DNA of 63,741 bases from Spirochaetales bacterium. Its GTDB lineage: Bacteria; Spirochaetota; Spirochaetia; JAIPGG01. The notes beneath the pieces are model-generated. The model had not been told where the DNA came from. It saw only the letters and a program-made list of their open reading frames with translations, and made no database searches. The position numbers were made by a program, and so were the translations under genes. Position 1 is the stretch's first letter; each line of letters opens with the position of its first letter. Below are positions 19,443 to 30,100 of this stretch, in pieces. The stretch covers positions 1 through 63,741 of the forward strand of contig JAIPGG010000005.1 in NCBI GenBank assembly GCA_021736255.1. The letters are read 5' to 3'.

Positions 19443-20694
19443 TACCTGCCTCCTCTTGGGGAAAGGTGTAGACCTTGCGTTTTGCAGGAACAAGACCGCC
19501 GGGACGGAAGACCATCATGGCAACCAGCAGGAATCCGAACAGCAGCATCCGAAACTCGGAAAAGGCGCGCAGGTATTCGGGCAGAAGTATCATGATCAGG
19601 GCGGCAATGATGATTCCGATAATCGAGCCCATTCCCCCCAGAACCACGATTGAGAGCACCATGACCGATTCCCAGATCGTAAAGCTGGCCGGATTGATAA
19701 AGGTCGTCTTGCTCGCAAATACAACACCGGCCATCCCCGCCCAGACCGCCCCGAGAGAGAAGGCGGTGAGCTTGTTTTTCCTGATATCGATACCCATGGC
19801 CCGTGAGGCCACCTCGTCTTCCCGCATGGCCACCCACGCACGTCCGAGTCGGGAATTCTCCAATCGGATCATGAGAAAAATGGTAAAAACCACCAGGCCG
19901 ATCATGATGAAGTAGATGAAGGTAGTCACCTGAGGCAGGGAAAAATCTATACCGAACAGTCCCGGTCGTGGAATATTGGCAATACCGCTCGGGCCGAAGG
20001 AAAAGTCGTTCCAGTTTTCCAAAATAATTCGAACAATTTCTCCGAATCCGAGGGTAACGATAGCCAGGTAATCTCCCCGCAGGCGCAAGACCGGGATAGC
20101 AAGCAGTATCCCGAAGATAGCGCTCAGCCCGGCTCCGATGGGCAGGGCCAGCCAGAAGCTTACACCGAAGTGGTAGTTGAGCAGGGCGTAGCTGTAGGCT
20201 CCCACGGCGTAAAAGGCAATGTATCCCAGGTGCAGCATTCCCCCCAGCCCGATAACGATATTCAGGCCGAGGCCGAGGATGATGTAATTCAGTGCAGTGA
20301 TCATGATGTTGGTCTGATACATACTGCTGATGAAGGGAAAAACGATTACCATGACCGCCAGGATGATAATGGTGGGGGTCCTCACCTGTTTTCGCTCCAT
20401 GAGTATGGCGGTGAGATTGAAGCGTTTCCGTTCGGATTCGGCCTTGCGGGGCCGAGGGCCCATTTCCCGGCGGGCGAGCAGGTAGCGCCATCCCCAGGAA
20501 CCGAAAAATATAAGAAGGCCTACAAAAACCATCCGGTTCCAGTGCCATTCCACGGTGTTCTCGATGGTATTCACCTTGATTACCATGATCGGCAGGGTGA
20601 GAATCATGAACCATACGGCGGTAAACAGCGACTTCTTTAACTCTTTGAAAGAAAGAAAACTGGTTGGTTTGATTTCCGTGCTTACATTGCTCAT
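19435..20694 (-). CDS. livM: Branched-chain amino acid ABC transporter permease
   Basis: LGLNIVIGLGG, LRLRGDYLAIVTLGFGEI, SRLGRAWVAMREDE. Confidence 0.93.
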   Translation of the reverse strand: MSNVSTEIKPTSFLSFKELKKSLFTAVWFMILTLPIMVIKVNTIENTVEWHWNRMVFVGLLIFFGSWGWRYLLARREMGPRPRKAESERKRFNLTAILMERKQVRTPTIIILAVMVIVFPFISSMYQTNIMITALNYIILGLGLNIVIGLGGMLHLGYIAFYAVGAYSYALLNYHFGVSFWLALPIGAGLSAIFGILLAIPVLRLRGDYLAIVTLGFGEIVRIILENWNDFSFGPSGIANIPRPGLFGIDFSLPQVTTFIYFIMIGLVVFTIFLMIRLENSRLGRAWVAMREDEVASRAMGIDIRKNKLTAFSLGAVWAGMAGVVFASKTTFINPASFTIWESVMVLSIVVLGGMGSIIGIIIAALIMILLPEYLRAFSEFRMLLFGFLLVAMMVFRPGGLVPAKRKVYTFPQEEAGNE

Positions 20695-20698
20695 AATG

Positions 20699-21610
20699 CT
20701 ACACCTTATCTCCGGCCGAGGTCTTTCCCAGAATTCCCGACGGCTTGAAAATGAGTATTGCTATCAGAAAGATAAAGGCAAAGACGTCCTCATAGTCGGA
20801 AGAGATATATCCGGTTCCGAAGCTCTCTGTCCATCCGAGGACGAGGCTTCCGAGCACCGCTCCCGGAATGCTTCCGATTCCCCCGAGAACTGCTGCAACG
20901 AAGGCCTTGATACCGGCGATGAAGCCGATGTAGTAATTGATCTGACCGGTGTGTGAGCTGATCAAAACCCCGCCGAGGGCAGCAGTGGCTGATCCCACAA
21001 CGAAGGTAAAGGAGATAACCTTGTTGATGTTGATGCCCGAGAGCATCGCCATGGTTTTATCTTGACTGGTGGCCCGCATTGCCTTGCCGATTTTCGTGAA
21101 CTTGATCAGGAACGTCAGGATAATCATTACTCCCGCCGTTGTTACCAGAATCGTGAACTGGGAGCTGTTCATGAGACTTTCGGCTTGTTCGAGTCGGGCT
21201 ATCTTCGGCAGGAGGTTCGGAAAGGGCAGAAAATCCGGGGTCTGGGCCAGCAGCACGTAGTTTTGAAGAAACATTGACATGCCGATAGCCGAGATCAGCG
21301 CCGACAGGCGCGGGGCCCGCCTCAGAGGTTTGTAGGCCAGTTTTTCCATTGTAAAACCGTAACCGGTGGAAAAAACCATAGCTACGACAATAGCGATCAA
21401 AATAATGGCAATTCCGTTCATGCCGGTAAAGGTAAGTACACCGATCACGATAAGAGCGGTAAAAGCGCCTATCATGTATATCTCGCCGTGGGCAAAATTA
21501 ATCAGCTGGATAATGCCGTACACCATGGTATAGCCCAGGGCGAGCAGGGCATAGATGCTGCCCCTTGTCAGGCCGCCGAGTAAGAGTTCGAAAAAATAGG
21601 TGAGATCCAT
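20699..21610 (-). CDS. livH: Branched-chain amino acid ABC transporter permease
   Basis: GYTMVYGIIQLINFAHGE, KAFVAAVLGGIGSIPGA. Confidence 0.93.
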   Translation of the reverse strand: MDLTYFFELLLGGLTRGSIYALLALGYTMVYGIIQLINFAHGEIYMIGAFTALIVIGVLTFTGMNGIAIILIAIVVAMVFSTGYGFTMEKLAYKPLRRAPRLSALISAIGMSMFLQNYVLLAQTPDFLPFPNLLPKIARLEQAESLMNSSQFTILVTTAGVMIILTFLIKFTKIGKAMRATSQDKTMAMLSGININKVISFTFVVGSATAALGGVLISSHTGQINYYIGFIAGIKAFVAAVLGGIGSIPGAVLGSLVLGWTESFGTGYISSDYEDVFAFIFLIAILIFKPSGILGKTSAGDKV

Positions 21611-21641
21611 GGGGGACTTGGCTCCTTAGAGAATACCGGTG

Positions 21642-21716
21642 GGAAACCTGCCTGCCGAGGCCGTGCCCTTATCGTTTGTCTTGCGATCAGGCATAGGGCC
21701 GGGCAAACAAGTTTCC
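21642..21716. other. Long imperfect stem-loop between livK and livH
   Basis: Nested pairings GGAAAC/GTTTCC, TGCC/GGCA, GGCC/GGCC, GTGCC/GGCAT, ATCG/CGAT; no U-tract. Confidence 0.55.
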
Positions 21717-21747
21717 GCCGATACGAATCCGTTCGAAGGAACGGGGT

Positions 21748-22890
21748 TTATTTCACTTCTACGTATTTCCCGTCCTGCACCTGGAACATGGAGAATCCGA
21801 CACCGATTGCATCACCCTTTTCGTCGAAGCTGATTTCCCCGAGGGGAGTCTCGACGAAATTGTTGCGGAGTGCGGTGGTTACTGCATCGTAATCGGTGGA
21901 GCCCGCCTGTTCGATACCGTTTAGGATGGCTTGTGCTGCGGCATAAGCGTTCAGGTAGAAGGGGCCCGGGTCTTCACCGTAGGCTTCCTGGTGTTCCTGG
22001 ATTGCCTGCTGAGCCATGGGGCTCTTGGATGTGTCGATAGGGCCGGTGGCGTAGACGCCCTCGGCAAAATCGCCGGCAACCTTGATGAAGGTCTCGTCCT
22101 TTACCCCGTCGTCGGAGATGAAGGTGATGTCCATGTTTTTCTTCTTGATCTGCTGGATGAGCTTGGAAGCCTCGGGGTGGTACCCGCCGTAGATTACCGC
22201 TTCAGCATCGGAGTTGCCGAGCTTGTTGATAACCGCTGAATAGTCGACGGCTCCAGGAGTAATTCCTTCATATAGAACCACCTCTACCCCCGATTCCTCT
22301 TCGAGAAACTGCTTGGCGAATTCGGCAAGACCCTTCCCGTAGTCTCCCTTGTCGTGGAGCACGGCAATCTTTGAAAGACCGAGGTTGTCCACGGCAAAAT
22401 CAACCTGTAGTCGGGCCTGGGCATCATCGGATGCGATGGTCCGGAAGAAATTGGGATACTCGCCGCTTTGGGTGAGGGGCGGGTTGGTAGCAGAGGGAGA
22501 CATGACCGGAATGCCCGAATCTTTGTAGATTCCCAGGGCGGCCTTGGTGGCTCCGGAGCAGATGTGTCCCAGTACGAAAACGACCTCTTCACCGACAAGC
22601 TTGGCTGCGGTATTCGCTGCCACCTCGGGCTTGCACTGGTCGTCTTCGATAACCAGTTCGATCTCTCGCCCGAGGACTCCGCCCTTTTCGTTGGCATTCT
22701 CCGCTACCAGCTCTGCAGCGTTCACGGTAGGCAGCCCGTAGGATGCGAGGTCTCCCGAGTGGGCTCCGGCAACGCCGATCTTAATCGGTCCTTTGGCTTC
22801 GCCCTCCTGACTGCCTCCGGCAAAGACGAAGGCGCCTGCAATCAGAAAAATCACGGCGATCATGAGAGCGCCTCTGAGTGACTTTTTCAT
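21748..22890 (-). CDS. livK: Branched-chain amino acid ABC transporter substrate-binding protein
   Basis: Signal peptide; EDDQCKPE, GHICSGAT, SPSATNP, FRTIASDD, YGGYHPE, SDDG. Confidence 0.92.
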   Translation of the reverse strand: MKKSLRGALMIAVIFLIAGAFVFAGGSQEGEAKGPIKIGVAGAHSGDLASYGLPTVNAAELVAENANEKGGVLGREIELVIEDDQCKPEVAANTAAKLVGEEVVFVLGHICSGATKAALGIYKDSGIPVMSPSATNPPLTQSGEYPNFFRTIASDDAQARLQVDFAVDNLGLSKIAVLHDKGDYGKGLAEFAKQFLEEESGVEVVLYEGITPGAVDYSAVINKLGNSDAEAVIYGGYHPEASKLIQQIKKKNMDITFISDDGVKDETFIKVAGDFAEGVYATGPIDTSKSPMAQQAIQEHQEAYGEDPGPFYLNAYAAAQAILNGIEQAGSTDYDAVTTALRNNFVETPLGEISFDEKGDAIGVGFSMFQVQDGKYVEVK

Positions 22891-22924
22891 AGTTCCTCCT
22901 TATTATGGATAATACAAGATAGTG

Positions 22925-22953
22925 ATTATATGATACTGATACCAGTCAATCAA
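22925..22953 (-). promoter_or_regulatory. sigma70 promoter of the liv operon with a near-palindrome in the spacer
   Basis: TTGATT-N17-TATAAT on the minus strand; spacer contains ACTGGTATCAGT. Confidence 0.6.
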
Positions 22954-23077
22954 GTCATAGTTTGCCTCGATGCCGAGAAAGCGTAATAAAAGGAATTTTG
23001 CTTGAAAAAAGGTCAAAGCGGTTATAAGCTGGTTTTACTAGATCGCAATTCAGCAGATCGCAAGGTAATGGGTAGAC

Positions 23078-24796
23078 ATGGGGAATAGCGGCGATAATCT
23101 CTTTGGTAAGAAGGTGGGAAAAACCCGCGTTGTCCCGCTTGTGCTGAAGATTATCGTTATCTTCGTGATCTTTCTCCTGGTATCAAATTTTGCTACGAAT
23201 TATGTCACCCTGGTCCTTGCCCGCGGTGAACTGGTAAAGCTCATGAACAAGATCCTGGTAAAGGATCTAAAAGAGCTCTACGTTTACTGTTCCAATCAGC
23301 ATCAGATATATGAATACAATCCCGATCTGGAGGGAGCACAAGAAAGTATTTCCGAAGCCGCCGGAAGGGAGCTCCCCCGTTCATTCTCCCTGGCTTTGGG
23401 AGTGAAACCGGAGGGGGGTCTCTTTTTTCATGCCGCCAATGGGAAGTGGTTCCGGGAAGCGGGAGTGAACCGGTTTTCCGATACCGATGCCCTCGAGCAA
23501 ATGAAGGAAAGCCGGCGGGAGGGATCAACGGAAGGAACGGTGAACTTTACCCTGGCCGGTCATAAATTTTTCGGTATGTACAAGTATCAGCCGCAGTGGG
23601 AAATGTATCTGATCAGGGCTGAAGAGACCGAGGAGTTCAATGCCGAGTCATGGGCGATCTTCCGGCAAACCACCTACATCATCATCGGTATAGCCCTTTT
23701 CGGGGCGGTGGTCGGAATTTTTTTGATTCGCTATATCCTGCGTTTCCTGAAAACGATGACCAACGGGATCATGCAGATGATGGATAGTCAGCGGCTTGAT
23801 CTTCTGGACCTGGAGGGAGCTCCCAATGATGATGTTACCTATCTCGGGGCCTCGTTCAATGCTCTTTCGAGTACCATCGATAATCTGCTTTCTATTTTCA
23901 AAAAGTTCGTAGCCCAGGATGTAGCCCGGAAGGCCTACGAAGAGCGGGAGGTCCGCCTGGAGGGGCAGCAGGAAGAACTCACGATCTTCTTTTCAGATAT
24001 CAAAGGCTTTACCTACATGACCGAGACGCTCGGAACCGACATTATCAAGCTTTTAAACCTGCATTACGACAAGGCGATCTACCATATCCACAAGCACGGC
24101 GGGGTTATCGGTTCGATCATCGGAGATGCTTTGTTGGCCGTTTACGGGGTGAGCGGAGCCGCTTTGGAGGGGAATAAATCAGTTCATGCCATTGAATCGG
24201 CCTATCTTGTGCACCAGGTCGCTTCCGAACTTAGACAGGAGATGAGCATTCGCCGTGAGGAGATCATTGAAAAACGCGGCAGCCTGACCGAAGAGGAAGA
24301 ACGGATCTACCAGGCGGTACTGATTGATGTAGGTGTCGGTATTGACGGGGGGACAGTGTTTTACGGGAATATCGGTTCCGATCTGCGGATGACCAATACT
24401 GTTATCGGGGACAATGTGAATTCCGCTTCCCGCCTCGAGGGGCTGACCCGGGTCTACAAGGTCCCGGTCGTTTGTTCGGATTATATCAAGGAGGATGTTG
24501 AGAGAGATACCGACGATTTCTATTTTCTCGAGATAGACATGGTCCAGGTAAAAGGGAAGACCGAGGGTATGAAGGTTTACTGGCCGATTCCCGTCGAACG
24601 TCTCGATGATGATTTCAAAGCGGATGTCGAGCGCTTCTCCCGGGGGCTGAGGGCCTATTATGAAGGGGATTGGAAGCAGGCCTATGCGGACTTTTCCGCG
24701 GTGAATCTCGCAGTTGCCGAGATCTTTGCAGAAAGGACGCAGCCGCAAAAGGCCCCGGATGATTGGAATGGAATATGGACAATGAAGACAAAGTAA
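23078..24796 (+). CDS. Membrane-bound class III adenylate/guanylate cyclase (2 TM, periplasmic sensor, HAMP-like)
   Basis: FSDIKGFT, IIGDALL, GVGIDGG, TVIGDNVNSASRLEG, VKGK, C-terminal GLRAYYEGDW. Confidence 0.9.
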   Translation: MGNSGDNLFGKKVGKTRVVPLVLKIIVIFVIFLLVSNFATNYVTLVLARGELVKLMNKILVKDLKELYVYCSNQHQIYEYNPDLEGAQESISEAAGRELPRSFSLALGVKPEGGLFFHAANGKWFREAGVNRFSDTDALEQMKESRREGSTEGTVNFTLAGHKFFGMYKYQPQWEMYLIRAEETEEFNAESWAIFRQTTYIIIGIALFGAVVGIFLIRYILRFLKTMTNGIMQMMDSQRLDLLDLEGAPNDDVTYLGASFNALSSTIDNLLSIFKKFVAQDVARKAYEEREVRLEGQQEELTIFFSDIKGFTYMTETLGTDIIKLLNLHYDKAIYHIHKHGGVIGSIIGDALLAVYGVSGAALEGNKSVHAIESAYLVHQVASELRQEMSIRREEIIEKRGSLTEEEERIYQAVLIDVGVGIDGGTVFYGNIGSDLRMTNTVIGDNVNSASRLEGLTRVYKVPVVCSDYIKEDVERDTDDFYFLEIDMVQVKGKTEGMKVYWPIPVERLDDDFKADVERFSRGLRAYYEGDWKQAYADFSAVNLAVAEIFAERTQPQKAPDDWNGIWTMKTK

Positions 24797-26196
24797 GGGA
24801 TCTGAGCGTCCGCGGGAAAAACATCTTTCTCAAAGATGTCATTCAGGAGATGAGCCATCGCAGGCAGCTCTATAATCTCGAGGATGAGTACGAAAAGACC
24901 CGGAAAAACAAGAGTGTTCTTGTGCCGGTCATTATTGCAGCTTTCATTGCGATTGTTGCCCTCGGTGCCGTGCTGCTTACCAACCGCATTCAGGCACAAG
25001 CCGGTCAGGTCAACGTAAGTATCAGCGGGTTCGAGGAGGTGAATCTCCGCGAAATTCTCGATACAGCAAAACGCTACGAAAACGAACTGCAGCAGGCCGA
25101 GCGCGAATTAGAGGCCATTGTCAACGAACGGGACGAACGAATAGAGACCGTGAAAAGTGAAATCGAGCGCCGGATAGAGATCGTGAATAATCAGGAGCTC
25201 AGTGCCGCAGTCCGAACCTCCAGGATAAACGAAATCAAACAGGAAAGAGCGGCGAAGATAGAAGAAATCGAAGCCTCCTTTGCCGGTCGTATCGACGAGC
25301 AAGAGGAAAAAATCGAGGACATCGAGGAACGTATCGCCGAATACGACAGCAGGCAGCTCGAGCAGGCCCGCCGGCAGGAACAGGTTATTAATAATCAACA
25401 GCGCCTTTTCGATATAGAGATGGAAAAGACGGTAAACTATTACGAGAGCCGGCTTTCCGAGCTCGAGGCCAATCACCGCCGGCAAATAAACGAAATAAAA
25501 TCTCACAACGAAGAACTCGTTTCCCTGTTGAAGGAGAACCACCGACGGGAGTTGAATCGGCAATTCATGCGGTACAATCCGAATTTCAAAGACCCCCAGC
25601 TCCGCCGGATACTTCAGAGTAATGCCGGGTCCGACAGGAGCGAAACAGCTCTGCTTCGGGAATACCGGCAGGTACTCGACACAGAGGGTGTGATCAGCCG
25701 AGGTGGAATCGAAGATCTGCATGAGACCTCGCGCAATCTGTTTTTGATTGTTTCGCGGCTCCAAAAGATTCCCTACCGGAATTCGGTGGACCTGTCGATC
25801 GACCGGATAGAAGCCATGCAGGAAGAAATGCTCGGTGAGTATGAAATGCTCCGGGATGAGCTCTCCCGGCTTCTCGAAGAGAAAAACCTCCTCATTGAAA
25901 AGCAGCGTGCGGCCCTTGATCGGTTTCGCTATGCAGTGGAGGATTTGACCCTCCGAAACAGCGAGAACGGATATATTATCGACCCCAGGGATTCCGAGCG
26001 GATCGTACTCTATGTGAACTCGATTAATCCCCTCGAAGAGGGTGATACGGCCTATGTGTTCCGCAGAGACGATGAATTGCTCGGGACCGTTACTGTCTAT
26101 AAAGAAGACAACAGATGGTTCGCCCGGCTCAATTCTCTTGCCGGGGAGGAGGCCTCCATACAGCCTTTTGACAAGATCTTGTTGGATATTCAGTAG
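24775..26196 (+). CDS. Single-pass membrane coiled-coil protein, unknown function
   Basis: TM VLVPVIIAAFIAIVALGAVLLT; long E/R/Q heptad region; beta-rich C-terminal domain; overlaps the cyclase stop. Confidence 0.8.
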   Translation: MDNEDKVRDLSVRGKNIFLKDVIQEMSHRRQLYNLEDEYEKTRKNKSVLVPVIIAAFIAIVALGAVLLTNRIQAQAGQVNVSISGFEEVNLREILDTAKRYENELQQAERELEAIVNERDERIETVKSEIERRIEIVNNQELSAAVRTSRINEIKQERAAKIEEIEASFAGRIDEQEEKIEDIEERIAEYDSRQLEQARRQEQVINNQQRLFDIEMEKTVNYYESRLSELEANHRRQINEIKSHNEELVSLLKENHRRELNRQFMRYNPNFKDPQLRRILQSNAGSDRSETALLREYRQVLDTEGVISRGGIEDLHETSRNLFLIVSRLQKIPYRNSVDLSIDRIEAMQEEMLGEYEMLRDELSRLLEEKNLLIEKQRAALDRFRYAVEDLTLRNSENGYIIDPRDSERIVLYVNSINPLEEGDTAYVFRRDDELLGTVTVYKEDNRWFARLNSLAGEEASIQPFDKILLDIQ

Positions 26197-26207
26197 GAGA
26201 GATCCAT

Positions 26208-27107
26208 ATGGTACGATCGAAAATCCTGGTTGTCTTTGCATTGCTGACCATACCTGTTTTCCTGGCTGCTGGAGACCGGGGATACCGTCTTTCAGAGCCC
26301 GTCTTCGAAGACGGATATTATGTGTATGCTGTGGAGAACACAATGGGAATCGAGACAAAGGTCTCTTCTCCCGCTCGGATAGGCGCCCGCGAGCAAGCCA
26401 TTATGGAAGAGCTCTACAACGAGTTCTCTGCCTGGAACAATCTGCGGGCGCAATCGGTCCGTCTTCGCTTTGAAAATGAACGGGCCTACCTGGTCATCGT
26501 TCCTTCCAAGCTGATCTGTGAGGGAAAGGACATGGCCGGCTACCTTCCCTCGGGTATGCAGTTCTCCTATATTTCCGGTTACCTGGAATACAATTTCCGG
26601 ATGCTGGTGGACAACCTTTTTCTTCGTTTTTTCGGACGATTTGTCGACCGTGAACAGTTCTGTGCTGAAATGGCGGAAGCCGTTGCAAATCCCTTTGCTT
26701 ACATTCAGGCCAACGATCCTGCCTACGCTATGCGGAAGCTTGTAAGTGTGGAAAAGGAGCTGGACAAACTGCAGACCGAAGCAGCAGAGAATTCCGGTTC
26801 GGTCGAGGAGCTTCGCTCGAGCCTGAAAGAACTATCAGCCCGGCACCGCCGGCTCCGAGAGGAGCACGAGAAGCTCCTCTCGGACTATCGGGATCTGCTC
26901 TATTCAGTGATGGTGCTTCATAATACCGGCTGGTTCAGGGGCCCGACTCCCTTCGACAGAGAGGGGCTCAAGCGGGTCGTAGAACTGAAAGAACGAAATC
27001 CTTCCTGGAATGCTGAAGAGATTGCTCCGATAATCAAGGATGAAGGCTTTGAACTCTCGAATCAGGAGATCAAACTGATCCTGAAGGTCTACTTCCAAGA
27101 ATTCTGA
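26208..27107 (+). CDS. Secreted hypothetical protein with coiled-coil segment
   Basis: Signal peptide; SD AGGAG; beta-rich N-half, heptads, short helical C-terminal domain. Confidence 0.78.
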   Translation: MVRSKILVVFALLTIPVFLAAGDRGYRLSEPVFEDGYYVYAVENTMGIETKVSSPARIGAREQAIMEELYNEFSAWNNLRAQSVRLRFENERAYLVIVPSKLICEGKDMAGYLPSGMQFSYISGYLEYNFRMLVDNLFLRFFGRFVDREQFCAEMAEAVANPFAYIQANDPAYAMRKLVSVEKELDKLQTEAAENSGSVEELRSSLKELSARHRRLREEHEKLLSDYRDLLYSVMVLHNTGWFRGPTPFDREGLKRVVELKERNPSWNAEEIAPIIKDEGFELSNQEIKLILKVYFQEF

Positions 27108-27165
27108 CCGACAGTGCAATCTTGCGTTTTCCCTCAAATGATAGTAGGGTTTTTTTAGCAATATT

Positions 27166-30100
27166 ATGAAAAAGTTTCGTGGAAATGCCCTAATCTATTG
27201 TGCCGTCCTCGCGGCCTTTCTCCTATTAACAGGTTGTTTCGGACAACCGGAAGACCGGAGCTCCCTCGAGCTCGGTCGATATGAGATTGGATCCGGAGAA
27301 ACACAGGAAAGCCGGCGTATCCGTGCACTCTGGGAGTACTATCCCGGTGAACTGCTGTTCCCCGATCAGGCCGAAGAAGCGGAGCCGGCCGGTTACCACG
27401 CTCTCCCGGAGCCTTGGAAACATACCTTCGGGGAAGACATGGAAAATGCATTCGGGGTTGCTACCTATCGCCTCGTGTTGGAGACGGGCGAGGTGCCGGA
27501 TGATATGCGAGCCCTCTTTATCCCCCCCATAAGCACAGCCTACCGGCTTTTTGTGAACGGGGAAGAGCTTGCCTCTGCGGGAAAAGTCGGTACCAGTCGA
27601 TTGGAAAGCAGGCCTTCTTACGCCGTCCAGACAGTTGTTTTCGATCAGCAAAGCCGGGAAGTCGAACTCGTTCTCCAGATATCCAATTTTCACGATACCC
27701 TCGGGGGTTTGTGGACCGCTCCTATCAGCTATGGCCCCCGCGAAAAGGTTACACGGGCGGTCGATGGCTTGAGGATGTTCGAGATGTTCATCTTCAGCAT
27801 ACTCTTGGTCATCGGCATCTATCACTTGGCCCGCTTTCTGGCTCCCAAGACAGAACGATATCATTTGTGGTTCGGATTGGTGTCTCTTCTGCTGGCCACC
27901 CGGACCATGCTTACCGGTGGCAGGCTTCTCTACAACCTGCTCGGCATATCCTTCGATCTAGGAATGTATCTCGAGTTCCTCGGCTTATTCCTGGTGCCTC
28001 CCCTCTTTTTCCTCTACATCACCGGGCTTTTCGGACCGCTGGACATGTTCTGGTACAAGAAAATCCGTATCGGGGTTCCTCTGGTGGGTATTGCCGCCTC
28101 TGCTGCCTGTCTGTTTATACCTCCCTGGATGTATTCCCGTTTCACTCTTCCCTATAGCGGGGTGATCTTTCTCGAAGCGGTATACATCTTCTGGTATCTC
28201 GGGGCCGCCCGCGCAGAAAAACAGCGGGGAACGTTAATCGTCGGCCTTGCCACCCTGATTCTTTTTGCCGCCGGGATAAATGACGTTCTGCACGGTATGG
28301 GAGTTCTCAATACAATCCCGCTTATCCATTACGGGGCCTTGATCTTTGCTCTGTTACAGGTTTTTTACCTCATTGTACGCTCCCAGCGGAAGGTCAACCT
28401 CTTGGAGGAAGAGTCTTCCGAACTGAGTTCCCTGGACCGGGTGCGGGACGAGTTCGTCATAGAGACCGGAGAAGGGCTCATGGTTCCGATAAACGGGTCC
28501 ATCGGGCTTGCTGAATCCCTTGTCAATGAAGAGCTCGGGGCGTTGGACCCGGACCAGAAGGCCACCCTCACCCACATGATTTCCAGCACTATTCGGGCGC
28601 GGAATATGATGCAGGATTTGGTCGACTATTCCGCTCTGAAGACCGGAACGCTCGAACTGAATCTGGTGGCTATTGATCTGTATCAGATCGTGGAAGTGGT
28701 GTTTTCTCTATCAAGCCCCCTGATAAGCGGAACGGAAATCAAACTGGAGAACAGGATTACCCCCGGAAGCGCAATTGTTCTTGCCGATGAGGTTCGCCTC
28801 GAGCAGATTCTCTACAATATTCTCCGACAGCTGCTCTCAATAACCGGCAGCGGTATCCTGTACGCCGACATCGGACGGAAGGATAAGGAGCTCGTTCTTT
28901 TTCTCAGGCTCGAAGACAGGGAAGCTGTGGAAAAACAGCTCGGTTCGGAGTTTAAGCATTTGGTAGAAGAAGAGCTCGAACCCCCCGATGTATACAACGG
29001 CAGTTTCGTTTCCTTTTTGGTTACCCGCAAGCTCATAGATTACCATAACGGGGGGATTACCTTCGGAGAAGATGAAACCGGATACACGGTCAGCCTCACC
29101 CTGCCGAGAGGCGATGATCTTTCGGCGTTCCGGGATATCCAGAGCAGCCACTTGCAAATCGATCAAAAGGCACTCGAGATCGATGGAGATGTTCTGGCCG
29201 CTGCTATCGAACGCGGGCAGTTTACCGTAATGATTGTAGATGATGATGCTGCGGCCGTGCAGTTAATGAAGAACTATCTTTCAGATCAGCAGTACCATGT
29301 ATTGGCCGCCTACAACGGCCGAGATGCGCTCGAGATCATCAGCAAGAAAAAGCCGGATCTTGTACTCTTGGATTTGCTTATGCCGGGTATATCCGGTATC
29401 GATACCCTGAAGAAAATCAGAGAGCGTTATTCTACCAGTGAATTGCCGGTTATCCTGGTTACCGCCCGCAGCGAGGTCAACGATATGATGGAGGGCTTTA
29501 CTTCGGGGGCAAATGATTTTCTGACCAAACCTTTTGGGCGCGAGGCTTTTATGAGCCGTATCAAATCCCATCTGCAGCTGGCGAAAATCAACTCAATCTA
29601 CGGCCGTTTTGTTCCTACTGAGTTTCTTCAGTTTCTTGGGAAGGACAATCTCGTGCAGGTGAACCTCGGCGATCAGGTACAGAAAGAAATGACCATACTC
29701 TTTGTCGATATCCGGGCCTTTACCTGGCTGTCCGAACACATGTCTCCGGAAGAGAATTTCAAGTTCATCAATTCCTACCTCAGCAGGATTACCCCGATTA
29801 TCAGAAAGTACGGCGGCTTTATCGACAAGTTTATCGGAGATTCGATTATGGCCCTCTATCCCTCCGATCCGGCGGACGCGGTAAAAACTGCTGTAGAAAT
29901 CATGCAGCATGTCCATGTCTATAACGGACATCGTGCTAATTCAGGCTATAAACCTATCAATGTGGGCATCGGCATTCATACCGGTAAGCTCATCCTCGGG
30001 ATAATCGGGGACCGGAACCGGATGGAGAGTACCGTCATATCCGACGCGGTCAACCTTGCCTCCCGTATTCAGGATCTGACCAAACTCTACGGTGCAAATA

